Shown: one piece after another, positions 18,504 to 27,474 of the stretch | Layout of the letters: each line of letters opens with the position of its first letter | How positions within the stretch are numbered: position 1 is the first letter of the stretch | DNA from: Bacteroidota bacterium | GTDB lineage: Bacteria > Bacteroidota > Bacteroidia > 2-12-FULL-35-15 | Assembly: GCA_026391935.1 (NCBI GenBank) | Contig: JAPLDC010000098.1 | Location: 1-33,718, forward strand | Reading direction: 5' to 3' | DNA length: 33,718 nucleotides | Translations under genes and position numbers: made by a program | Notes under the pieces: model-generated | Databases searched by the model: none | Told to the model about the DNA's origin: nothing | Seen by the model: the letters and a program-made list of their open reading frames with translations, nothing else

Positions 18504-18533
18504 CAAAAATAAGAAATTTAATCTGTTTTTCAA
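18504..18533 (-). promoter_or_regulatory. Bacteroidota sigma-A type promoter for the T9SS cargo operon
   Basis: The minus strand reads TTG (18533-18531) - 19 nt - TATTTTTG (18511-18504). This matches the Bacteroidota -33 TTG / -7 TAnnTTTG consensus. The -7 box lies about 41-48 nt upstream of the ATG at 18463. Confidence 0.5.
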
Positions 18534-18534
18534 G

Positions 18535-20322
18535 CTATTGAGGCGGCAGCGCTTTTATGCCTTCTTGTGCTTGTTGGTAATCAGGTTTTAGTTCAAGCGT
18601 TTTTTCCCAGGCAATTCTTGCTTTTTTATAATCCTTTATTGTAAAACTTGCACCACCAATGTTATACCAATACTCAGCCTTTGTGGAATCTATGCTCACA
18701 GCTTTTTCCATCAACTTAATAGCTTCCGGAATATTCTTCCCTCCAATAGACATCCCCTGATTAAAATAAGTTGCACCGAGCAAGTCGAAGTTGCGTTTTA
18801 TTAGTGGGTTACTTGGGTAAATTTCTTTTGCTTTGCCCCAAAACGCCTTTGCCTTTTCATAATCCTTCAACTTAAAATAAGCAACACCTAAATTCAAATA
18901 ACCGTTCACATATTTATTATGAACATTCACTGAGCGATTAAGATAAAATATCCCCTTATTTATCAGCTCTAATTCGCGGGCCTTATTTTCGGGTTTTTCC
19001 GACATATCAATAAATGCCTTTCCTGCATTTCCGTTTACCAAAGCACTATTTGGAACCGTTTTGGCATCAGCAATAAATAATGTCTGGTCATTTTTCCATT
19101 CCGTATTTCGTTTTATCGTTTTTGCTCCACACCATATAACCACAAGACATCCAAAAGATACAGCAACAATTTTTTTTGTTTGTGCTGAAAAGAATTTTTG
19201 CAAGATCCGGGAAATAAAAACAGCAAGCACAATCGCAAATCCAAAAGAAGAGTGATAAACCATCCTTTCGCCCATTGTAGCGCCAACATTGAATATTAAA
19301 TTGGAGATAAGGAGCAAGTGTACAAAATAAAAAGCGATGGCAAATGAAAGGATGTTTCTCTTAAAAAATAAAATTATTGCCGCTACAAACATCGAAGTAT
19401 GGATAAGTATCGACGCCCATACAATTCCATTACTAAAATTCACAAAAGGTATGGTGCTGTAGGAATAGTCGCTGGAAAGCGGAGATGGATAAAAAAGCAT
19501 TTTCAGATAACGCAAAAGCACTTCAATTTTTGTAGCAAGTTTTTCCTGATGGGTGGCATATATATAGGGATTATTAAGAACATCTGGGTTTTCAAATTTC
19601 GCACCAGCACCAACAATTGAAAAGCGTATCCCCACATATAAGGCGGCCACAATGGCAAAAGGTATCATTAATTGTAAAATGCTTGAAAGCGACTCCTTTA
19701 AAACAATATACAACAACATTGGAATCAACACCAAAAGTGTGATCGCATACTCTTTCGAAAGCAAGGCTAAAAAATAAAACAAAAGCCCAAACAACAGTTG
19801 TTTTGCATTTTTTGATTCCCGGTATCTAAAAATGGAAATGAAAGTCAGAATGATAAATAAGAAAGACAGAATTTCGTCTCTACTTTTTACATTCGCAACA
19901 ACCTCGGTATGCATCGGATGAATTAAAAAGATAAGACAAGCAACGAAAGCTATGAGTGGTTCCTCTTTAAAAATATAATTTTTTAAGAAATAAAGCAATA
20001 ATACAATTGACAAAAGGTAATACACTACATTCATAAAATGTCTTACAAACGCTGCATCGTCAGGCGGTTTTACTTCAGCGTTACTTCCAAACAATTGTTG
20101 CTCGATAGCAAAGGTAACAACAGAAAGCGGTCGAAATCGCCCACCGGACAATTGCTGCTTTGCCCCCATGTGTCTGTAAAAACTATCATACGCATCTGTA
20201 CTCAGTATTTTAGGAATACCACGAAAGCCTTGTTGAACATAATCGTTATTCTGAATTCCCCAAGTCGTGGTTATCTCAAGAGGTAAAGGTTTTGTTATCT
20301 TGTTATCTTTTTTTCTAGCCAT
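18535..20322 (-). CDS. Polytopic membrane protein with C-terminal TPR repeats (TMTC / PMT_2-like GT-C family)
   Basis: 595-aa ORF with about 9-10 hydrophobic helices followed by TPRs (AYFKLKDYEKAKAFWGKAKEIYPSNP; FTIKDYKKARIAWEKTLELKPDY). The loop motif GGRFRPLSVVTFAIEQQLFG is typical of this family in Bacteroidota. Confidence 0.85.
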   Translation of the reverse strand: MARKKDNKITKPLPLEITTTWGIQNNDYVQQGFRGIPKILSTDAYDSFYRHMGAKQQLSGGRFRPLSVVTFAIEQQLFGSNAEVKPPDDAAFVRHFMNVVYYLLSIVLLLYFLKNYIFKEEPLIAFVACLIFLIHPMHTEVVANVKSRDEILSFLFIILTFISIFRYRESKNAKQLLFGLLFYFLALLSKEYAITLLVLIPMLLYIVLKESLSSILQLMIPFAIVAALYVGIRFSIVGAGAKFENPDVLNNPYIYATHQEKLATKIEVLLRYLKMLFYPSPLSSDYSYSTIPFVNFSNGIVWASILIHTSMFVAAIILFFKRNILSFAIAFYFVHLLLISNLIFNVGATMGERMVYHSSFGFAIVLAVFISRILQKFFSAQTKKIVAVSFGCLVVIWCGAKTIKRNTEWKNDQTLFIADAKTVPNSALVNGNAGKAFIDMSEKPENKARELELINKGIFYLNRSVNVHNKYVNGYLNLGVAYFKLKDYEKAKAFWGKAKEIYPSNPLIKRNFDLLGATYFNQGMSIGGKNIPEAIKLMEKAVSIDSTKAEYWYNIGGASFTIKDYKKARIAWEKTLELKPDYQQAQEGIKALPPQ

Positions 20323-20439
20323 TTTCTTTGGTACAATTTCTGTGGCTGAATGTGCCTTGTTTATTTATTTTATTTGCACCTTTGTTTTGTTGATTCAAAA
20401 CTATTCTAAAGCAGTAAATGTAATTAATTATCATTTTTC

Positions 20440-23400
20440 TTGAAAAATATTTTTAAAAATAAATATTTCCTTTTAGTTCTGGCAATTGTATTTTTCTCGG
20501 CTGGAACCTTATTTTATTATACCTATTCTGGTGGGGCAGCACCAACAATAAGTGGCTTCGAAAGTGTTTTACATAAAAAAGAAATACGGCTGAATGAGGA
20601 AATGTTGTCTTTGGCTAAACGGGCGGAATCTGAAAACTACAATGATCTTTTCACAAAAAAACCTTCCTATTATAATTTATTGATGCAGGAAGAGGGTATT
20701 GCACTTCTCATTTATGAAAACGACACATTAAAATTTTGGAGCGATAACTCTATTGCTGTTGAAAACTGGGTAAAAGAAATTTGCCTCGATTCAAAAATGG
20801 CAAAACTCCATAACGGTTGGTTCGAGGTTGTTAGACCGCATACCAACGCAACAACAACAAAAGCGATTGTTGGATTGGTCCTGGTAAAAAATGAATACCC
20901 TTATCAAAATAAATATCTGGTCAATGAGTTTCAAAAAGATTTTGCTGTTCCAGCAGAAACAAAGTTGATCACAGACAACCCAAACGCAACAAACGGGGTA
21001 AAAAATTATAAGGGCGAATACCTGTTCTCTTTGGAATTTGATCCGACAAACAACTCTATTTCTCTCATTTCTTATATTTCTGTTTTGTTGAGTCTTTCTG
21101 GATTTGTTTTTTTAATCCTCTTTTTAAAGTCTTTTTGTTCAAGCTTTTTCTCGCCTTACAGTAAAAACTTTTCTACACTGGCATTCATATTTTTGGCTGT
21201 TTCTGTCAGGTATATTTTAATCAAATTCAGTTTCCCTGATTGCTTTTATTCCTTCGACCTATTTAGCCCTAAAATATTTGCAAACGCAAGCTCCGTTTGG
21301 TTAACATCATTAGGAGACCTTTTAATAAATGTCGTTTTGATGTTCTATTTAACGTTTGTATTTTTAAACAACTTCGAATTTGATGTGCTTGTAATCCAAC
21401 TAAAAAAAGTAAATACGCTTGTTATTTCTTTTGCATTCTTTCTTGCTTTTTTTTGGTTTTCGTGGGCTTTAAATGTTTTGTTCATAGGGTTAATAAAAAA
21501 CTCTAATATCCCATTCAGTATAAACAATCTTTTTACACTCAACCAATATAGTTATGTAGGAATCATCATTATCGGACTCCTACTTTTTGTATATTTTTTA
21601 CTTGCAGATAAAATGGTTGCTGTATTAAAAATGTTAAAACTTAACAACCGACAATACATCTTTGTTTTCATTATTTCTGCCGGAATCCACACGTTCATTT
21701 CACATTTCCTTGGAACACTTGACCTGATCGTAATTTTCTGGCCTTTTCTGTTGGTTCTTTCAATCGCAATCATCAAAAAGAAACAAACGATCTATCCTTT
21801 TTCAAGTATCATATTCCTGGTGTTTCTTTTCTCTCTTTATGCTGTCCATGTTTTTATAAAACACTCGGCGATAAAAGAAGTAGAGAGCAGAAAAATTTAC
21901 GCAGAAAAACTTGCTGCAGAACAAGATCCTGTTGCCGAACTTTTATTTCAGGATGTAGATAAAAAACTCCATGCCGATACCGTCCTTTTGTCACTAATAA
22001 GTGGATTTGAAAAACACCCGGAAGAATTTGAAAAACGCATAAAGCAACAATATTTCAGCGGTTTCTGGGAAAAATATGATGTCCGCGTAGCCTTGTTTGA
22101 TAGTGCTTGCGCACCTATAATCCGTTCACAAAATCCGCTTTTCGACAACAACTTTTATTTTGATGAGTTAATTGAAAAGAAAGGCCAAAAGACTTCTTGT
22201 GTCGGATTTTATTTCATTAATAACTCTTCAGGTAAAATTAGTTATCTGGCAAAAATTCCGTTGTATAAAAAGCCCAGAGAGGATGCAAAATATGGCACAA
22301 TTTACATTGAACTGGATGCAAAATTTATTTCTGATGAAGTTGGTTTTCCCGAATTGCTTCTTGACAGAAACATCGGTTTGTCACAAGAATTAAGCAATTA
22401 TTCATACGCAAAATACAAACACAATCAATTATTAAATCAATATGGAAAATATTCATACAGCTTAAATGCGGATGATTTTAAATCCACAAAAATTGAATTC
22501 GACTTTCAAAACAAGGAAGAATTCAATCATTTGTTATTTCGCCCAAATCCCGAAACGCTCATTGTTCTAAGTAAAAGAAACGATGGCTTGATCGGAAAAG
22601 TCACCACCTTCTCTTATTTATTTGCTTTTTTTAGTTTGCTATTATTGTCTATTCTAGTATTCCGACAGATTTCTTTAGGACAGCTCTTCGAACATTTTAG
22701 TTTTAAATACCGCATACAAGTATTGCTTGTATTAATTGTTCTTATTTCTCTGGCACTATTTGGTGGTGGGACAATCTATTATATCAAACAACAGTTTGAG
22801 GTAAAAAACAAAGAAAATATTAGCGAAAAAATTCATTCCGTTCAAATTGATGTTGAAGGCAAATTGTCAGCCGAAAACACTTTCAACAAAGGCTTGACAG
22901 AGTATGTCTCTTTCATTTTGAAAAAATCTTCTTCTGTTTTTTTTACTGATATTAATTTTTACGATGTGCAAGGAAACCTCTATGCTTCATCACGTTCAAA
23001 AGTTTTTGATGAGGGTTTAACCTCCAAAAAAATGAATCCGGAAGCTTTTTTACAAATAGCAATTTTAGGAAAAACAGAGTTTATTCATGATGAACGAATT
23101 GGAAAGTTAGAATATTTATCCGCGTATATTCCCTTTAAGAACAAAGACGGCAAACTGCTCGCTTACCTTAATTTACCATACTTTGCAAAGCAAAGCGAAT
23201 TAGAAAAAGAAATTTCAGGATTCTTAGTCGCCTTGATAAATATTTATGTTTTACTGTTTGCGTTATCCATCGTTACAGCAATATTTATATCAAATTATGT
23301 TACAAAACCATTAAAATTAATTCAGGATAAGCTCAGTAAAATAAAGCTAGGGAAAACAAATGAACCTATCGATTGGAAAGAAAATGACGAAATCGGGAAC

Positions 23401-24147
23401 CTTGTAAGCGAATACAACAGAATGATAGCGGAACTTTCGAAAAGCGCTGATCTGCTGGCAAAATCGGAGCGAGAAAGCGCCTGGAGAGAAATGGCAAAAC
23501 AGGTTGCCCATGAAATAAAAAACCCGTTGACGCCCATGAAATTAAGTGTCCAACACTTACAACGGACATGGAAAGATGGCGCACCGGATATGGACCAAAA
23601 GATGGAAAGATTAACAAAAACCATCATCGAACAAATTGACACGTTATCGAATATTGCCACAGAATTTTCCAATTTTGCAAAGATGCCAAAGGCTAATTTG
23701 GAGAAGATAAATATCAAAGAGATCATTGTAAATACGATTGCCTTATTTCATGATTCTGAAAATCTTGCAATAACGTTTGAAACAGAAATTTCTGCAGAAG
23801 CCTTTGTTTTCGCTGACAAAGAACAACTGTTACGGGTTTTCAATAACCTTATAAAAAATGCCGTACAAGCCATCCCAGAAGAACAAAAGGGAGAAATAAT
23901 AGTTTCATTAAAAAAAGAAAAACAACAATTTCTGATCTCCGTATTTGACAACGGAAATGGAATAGATAATGATGTTATTGATAAAATATTTGTGCCGAAT
24001 TTTACTACAAAAACAGGAGGCATGGGACTTGGTTTGGCAATGGTAAAAAACATTGTAGAAACGGCTAACGGTAGGATATGGTTTGAAACAAAATCAGGAA
24101 AAGGAACAACTTTTTATGTAACGCTGCCCTGCTTTGTGGAGGAATAA
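20440..24147 (+). CDS. Large polytopic sensor histidine kinase (HAMP, NtrY-like HisKA, HATPase_c)
   Basis: 1235-aa ORF with a TTG start. It has an N-terminal signal anchor, a ~190-aa extracytoplasmic region, a block of about 8 TM helices, and further soluble and TM segments. The HAMP is KPLKLIQDKLSKI...EIGNLVSEYNRMI and the H-box is QVAHEIKNPLTPM. The ATPase boxes are NLIKNAVQA, DNGNGI and GGMGLGLAMV. Confidence 0.9.
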   Translation: MKNIFKNKYFLLVLAIVFFSAGTLFYYTYSGGAAPTISGFESVLHKKEIRLNEEMLSLAKRAESENYNDLFTKKPSYYNLLMQEEGIALLIYENDTLKFWSDNSIAVENWVKEICLDSKMAKLHNGWFEVVRPHTNATTTKAIVGLVLVKNEYPYQNKYLVNEFQKDFAVPAETKLITDNPNATNGVKNYKGEYLFSLEFDPTNNSISLISYISVLLSLSGFVFLILFLKSFCSSFFSPYSKNFSTLAFIFLAVSVRYILIKFSFPDCFYSFDLFSPKIFANASSVWLTSLGDLLINVVLMFYLTFVFLNNFEFDVLVIQLKKVNTLVISFAFFLAFFWFSWALNVLFIGLIKNSNIPFSINNLFTLNQYSYVGIIIIGLLLFVYFLLADKMVAVLKMLKLNNRQYIFVFIISAGIHTFISHFLGTLDLIVIFWPFLLVLSIAIIKKKQTIYPFSSIIFLVFLFSLYAVHVFIKHSAIKEVESRKIYAEKLAAEQDPVAELLFQDVDKKLHADTVLLSLISGFEKHPEEFEKRIKQQYFSGFWEKYDVRVALFDSACAPIIRSQNPLFDNNFYFDELIEKKGQKTSCVGFYFINNSSGKISYLAKIPLYKKPREDAKYGTIYIELDAKFISDEVGFPELLLDRNIGLSQELSNYSYAKYKHNQLLNQYGKYSYSLNADDFKSTKIEFDFQNKEEFNHLLFRPNPETLIVLSKRNDGLIGKVTTFSYLFAFFSLLLLSILVFRQISLGQLFEHFSFKYRIQVLLVLIVLISLALFGGGTIYYIKQQFEVKNKENISEKIHSVQIDVEGKLSAENTFNKGLTEYVSFILKKSSSVFFTDINFYDVQGNLYASSRSKVFDEGLTSKKMNPEAFLQIAILGKTEFIHDERIGKLEYLSAYIPFKNKDGKLLAYLNLPYFAKQSELEKEISGFLVALINIYVLLFALSIVTAIFISNYVTKPLKLIQDKLSKIKLGKTNEPIDWKENDEIGNLVSEYNRMIAELSKSADLLAKSERESAWREMAKQVAHEIKNPLTPMKLSVQHLQRTWKDGAPDMDQKMERLTKTIIEQIDTLSNIATEFSNFAKMPKANLEKINIKEIIVNTIALFHDSENLAITFETEISAEAFVFADKEQLLRVFNNLIKNAVQAIPEEQKGEIIVSLKKEKQQFLISVFDNGNGIDNDVIDKIFVPNFTTKTGGMGLGLAMVKNIVETANGRIWFETKSGKGTTFYVTLPCFVEE

Positions 24148-24227
24148 AAAGGATTCCAGATATGCGAAAAAATAGATTTCCTAACCAATACATTTCGTAT
24201 ATTCGTAACCAATAATTTATTATTATT

Positions 24228-24635
24228 ATGAAAAGACCAATACGTATCTTAGTAGCTAAAGTTGGGTTGGACGGGCATGATCGGGGTGCAAAGGTTATCG
24301 CCTCTTTTTTGCGGGACGCAGGAATGGAAGTAATCTATACCGGACTTCGTCAAACCCCTGAAATGGTTGTAAGCGCTGCCCTACAGGAAGATGTGGACGC
24401 TATTGGCATCAGTATTTTATCCGGAGCACACAACACCGTGTTTCCAAAAGTAATGTCGTTGATGAAGGAGAAAGGCTTGAATGATGTGCTTTTGACCGGT
24501 GGTGGAATTATACCAGATAAAGATATTCATAAACTGAATGAGCTTGGTGTTGGTAAACTATTTCCTCCAGGCACCGACACAAAAGAGATTGTTGAATACA
24601 TTACAAATTATGTTAAAGAAAACAGAAACTTCTAA
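24228..24635 (+). CDS. Cobalamin (B12)-binding domain protein, methylmalonyl-/isobutyryl-CoA mutase small subunit type
   Basis: 135-aa [36 protein letters not shown]...[12 protein letters not shown] contains the DxHxxG B12-binding signature. Confidence 0.92.
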   Translation: MKRPIRILVAKVGLDGHDRGAKVIASFLRDAGMEVIYTGLRQTPEMVVSAALQEDVDAIGISILSGAHNTVFPKVMSLMKEKGLNDVLLTGGGIIPDKDIHKLNELGVGKLFPPGTDTKEIVEYITNYVKENRNF

Positions 24636-24645
24636 TTTACCCGTT

Positions 24646-25428
24646 ATGACATTTGAAAACATTTTAACAGCAAGCGAAAACAATATTTTTAGTATTACGA
24701 TCAATCGTCCTGATAAATTAAATGCACTGAACAAAAAAACAATCGAAGAACTTAGCGAGGCGCTCCTTTTTGCAGAAGGCGACATCAACACCCGTGCTAT
24801 CATTTTAACAGGATCGGGTCAAAAAGCCTTTGTTGCGGGAGCTGACATTTCAGAATTTGCAAATTTCAGCATCAATCAAGGAAAAACATTAAGCGCTGAA
24901 GGACATGACAAACTTTTTAATTTGACCCAAAACTTACGAACACCTGTTATCGCTGCTATTAATGGATTTGCACTTGGCGGAGGGCTGGAGTTGGCAATGA
25001 GTTGTCACATCCGCGTTGCTTCTGATAATGCTAAAATGGGCTTGCCCGAAGTGTCGCTAGGTGTTATTCCCGGCTATGGAGGAACACAGCGACTTGCACA
25101 ACTTGTTGGAAAAGGAAAAGCACTAGAAATGATCATGACTGCCGATATGATTTCAGCAGCTGATGCATTGACTTGGGGCTTGGTGAATTATGTAACAACA
25201 CCAGAAACATTGCTCGCAAAATGCAATGAACTAGCCGTAAAAATAATTAGCAGATCACCTGTTGCTGTTGCTGCTGCAATAAGAGCGGTGAATGCAAATT
25301 ATGCCGACGGCGTAAACGGCTTTGCTATTGAAATTGACGAATTTGGAACATGCTTTGGCACAGAAGATTTTAAAGAAGGAACAACCGCATTTTTAGAAAA
25401 ACGAAAAGCTGTTTTTACCGGAAAATGA
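24646..25428 (+). CDS. Enoyl-CoA hydratase/isomerase (crotonase) family protein
   Basis: Crotonase motifs are ITINRPDKLNALN, AFVAGADISEF, PVIAAINGFALGGGLELAMSCHIRVAS and GLPEVSLGVIPGYGGTQRL. The ORF track opens at 24538, but that extension overlaps the preceding gene. The first in-frame ATG beyond that gene's stop codon is 24646 (MTFENIL...), which gives 260 aa. Confidence 0.9.
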   Translation: MTFENILTASENNIFSITINRPDKLNALNKKTIEELSEALLFAEGDINTRAIILTGSGQKAFVAGADISEFANFSINQGKTLSAEGHDKLFNLTQNLRTPVIAAINGFALGGGLELAMSCHIRVASDNAKMGLPEVSLGVIPGYGGTQRLAQLVGKGKALEMIMTADMISAADALTWGLVNYVTTPETLLAKCNELAVKIISRSPVAVAAAIRAVNANYADGVNGFAIEIDEFGTCFGTEDFKEGTTAFLEKRKAVFTGK

Positions 25429-25538
25429 TCTAGCTTAAAGTTCAATGCTTGAAAGTTTACGTTTCAAGAACACCAAAACAATTTTGCCGCCTTTCTTACT
25501 CAAATCCTAACGTTGAACATTCAAACTTTAAGCTAATA

Positions 25539-27017
25539 TTGAATCCTTTAAAAAAACTCGCTTCACAAACAGCCATCTATGGCTTGCCTACAATTGTCGG
25601 GCGGTTGCTTAACTACCTTCTTAATCCTCTTTACGCTTATAGTTTCAGTACAACCCAAATGGGCGTTGTTACATCTGCATACGCTTACGTTTCATTTTTG
25701 TTGATCTTCCTCACCTATGGAATGGAAACCGCTTTATTCAAATTCTCACAATCCGAAATTGATAAACAAAAGGTCTATACCACCTCTTTGATTTCACTGA
25801 TTGTTTCTTCTTTTGTTTTTATTTCTCTTGGATGCCTGTTTTCTTCTTCTATTGCCGAAGGCGTAACATTTAAGGGCCACCCGGAATATGTTGTTTGGTT
25901 CGCCATCATTATCGGTACAGATGCATTAACTGCAATTCCATTCGCGAAACTTCGCGAACAAGGAAAGGCAAAGCGTTTCGCAATTATCAAAACAGCAAAT
26001 ATTGCAATGAACATCGGATTGAATTTGTTCTTCATATTATTTTGTAAAAGAGTATCTGATGCACCCGCATCATCCTTTAAACCTTTTGTTGAATTGATCT
26101 ACAACCCATCAATCGGGGTTGGTTATATCTTTATATCAAATCTTGCTGCGAGTTTGATAACCCTGTTGTTGCTTTCCCCTGAAATATTAAAGATTAAACT
26201 TGTTTTTGATACAGTCATTTGGAAACGAATGATGAGATACGCGATTCCTCTGTTAATTGCCGGACTAGCAGGAATGGTAAACGAAACCCTTGATCGCGTT
26301 TTATTGACCCATTTAATTCCAAATGAAAAAGAGGCGCTTTCCCAAGCAGGTATTTATGGTTCCTGTTACAAAGTTTCCATCATCATGACCATCTTCATCC
26401 AGACATTCCGTTTTGCGGCAGAACCCTTCTTTTTCAGTCATTCTAAAGAAAAAGATTCTAAAAAAACCTATGCTGATGTGATGAAATACTTTGTAATTGT
26501 TTGTTCTATCATTTTTTTAGGGACAATGATGAATATTCAATGGATTCAATACTTTGCGGGCACGGCAGCGTTCCGAACAGGTATTAAAGTCGTTCCCATA
26601 TTATTACTCGCAAATATGTTCCTCGGTATCTTCTGGAATCAATCAATATGGTATAAACTAACCGGACAAACGCATTTTGGCGCTTTATTAACCATTTTCG
26701 GTGCTATTATTACCATTGCCTTAAATATAATATGGATTCCGAGAATAGGCTACATGGGCTGCGCGTGGGCAACATTAATCTGCTATGCAAGTATGATGGT
26801 TGTCTCCTATTTCTTGGGTAATAAACATTACCCTGTTAATTACGACTTAAAACGCATACTCGGGTACTTGGGATTATCCTTAACTTTGTACTTTATAGGC
26901 ACCTGGATAAAAACGGGGTCAGGAAGCATTAATCTGATCTTACACAACTTTATCCTGATTGGGTTTATTGTTGTTGCGTGGAAAATGGAAAAAAATAATT
27001 TTAAAAAGTTGGCATGA
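25539..27017 (+). CDS. Polysaccharide biosynthesis protein / Wzx-like (MOP superfamily) flippase
   Basis: About 14 hydrophobic helices. The family-typical N-terminus [27 protein letters not shown] begins at TTG 25539. The ORF is open from TTG 25449, so the start is uncertain. The stop overlaps the dut start (ATGA). Confidence 0.82.
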   Translation: MNPLKKLASQTAIYGLPTIVGRLLNYLLNPLYAYSFSTTQMGVVTSAYAYVSFLLIFLTYGMETALFKFSQSEIDKQKVYTTSLISLIVSSFVFISLGCLFSSSIAEGVTFKGHPEYVVWFAIIIGTDALTAIPFAKLREQGKAKRFAIIKTANIAMNIGLNLFFILFCKRVSDAPASSFKPFVELIYNPSIGVGYIFISNLAASLITLLLLSPEILKIKLVFDTVIWKRMMRYAIPLLIAGLAGMVNETLDRVLLTHLIPNEKEALSQAGIYGSCYKVSIIMTIFIQTFRFAAEPFFFSHSKEKDSKKTYADVMKYFVIVCSIIFLGTMMNIQWIQYFAGTAAFRTGIKVVPILLLANMFLGIFWNQSIWYKLTGQTHFGALLTIFGAIITIALNIIWIPRIGYMGCAWATLICYASMMVVSYFLGNKHYPVNYDLKRILGYLGLSLTLYFIGTWIKTGSGSINLILHNFILIGFIVVAWKMEKNNFKKLA

Positions 27018-27448
27018 AGATCAAGGTTATAAATAAATCAAAACACGAATTACCAAGCTATGCAACAGGAGCGGCAGCTGGGATGGACCTTAGGGCAAAT
27101 ATCGAAGAACCCATTGTATTAAAATCCTTGGAAAGAACCTTAGTTGCAACAGGCCTTTTTATCGAATTACCTGTTGGTTACGAAGCTCAAATAAGACCTC
27201 GCAGCGGATTGGCGTTTAAAAACGGATTGACTGTATTGAACTCACCCGGCACAATTGATGCGGATTATAGAGGCGAGATCAAAGTTATTCTTGTAAATCT
27301 TTCAAACGAAAATTTCACAATTAATGATGGTGAGCGTGTTGCTCAAATGGTAATAGCAAAACACGAACAGGCAGAATGGCTTGAAGTAGAAGAATTAGAG
27401 GAAAGCAACAGGGGTGCAGGTGGTTTCGGAAGTACAGGAAAAAAATAA
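27014..27448 (+). CDS. dut: dUTP diphosphatase
   Basis: 144-aa ORF with dUTPase motifs [34 protein letters not shown] and [10 protein letters not shown]. Confidence 0.97.
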   Translation: MKIKVINKSKHELPSYATGAAAGMDLRANIEEPIVLKSLERTLVATGLFIELPVGYEAQIRPRSGLAFKNGLTVLNSPGTIDADYRGEIKVILVNLSNENFTINDGERVAQMVIAKHEQAEWLEVEELEESNRGAGGFGSTGKK

Positions 27449-27474
27449 TTAAGCGAAAAAGCAAGACAGATTTT

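Noticed and set aside
10511-18541. Multiple 60-124-aa ORFs antisense to the MORN, OmpA-like, PorP and cargo genes (e.g. 10723-11049, 13651-13992, 16076-16450, 18224-18541)
   Set aside because: All are embedded in, or antisense to, long CDSs with strong domain signatures. Their compositions are typical of reverse-frame translation of AT-rich genes.
21345-24053. Minus-strand ORFs inside the large kinase gene (e.g. 23322-23726, 23748-24053)
   Set aside because: They are antisense to the HAMP/HisKA/HATPase coding region and have no motifs. These are shadow ORFs.
24148-24227. Possible cobalamin riboswitch upstream of the B12-binding subunit gene
   Set aside because: Only 80 nt are available and no B12-box-like element is visible. 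That is too short for the aptamer.
24538-24645. 5' extension of the crotonase ORF (the track start 24538 gives 296 aa)
   Set aside because: The extension overlaps the last ~100 nt of the B12-binding gene in another frame and encodes no crotonase-like sequence. Homology begins at the ATG at 24646.
25449-25538. 30-codon N-terminal extension of the flippase ORF (MKVYVSRTPKQFCRLSYSNPNVEHSNFKLI)
   Set aside because: The extension is hydrophilic and not family-like. The conserved N-terminus starts at TTG 25539. I keep it as a possibility only, because both candidate starts are TTG.
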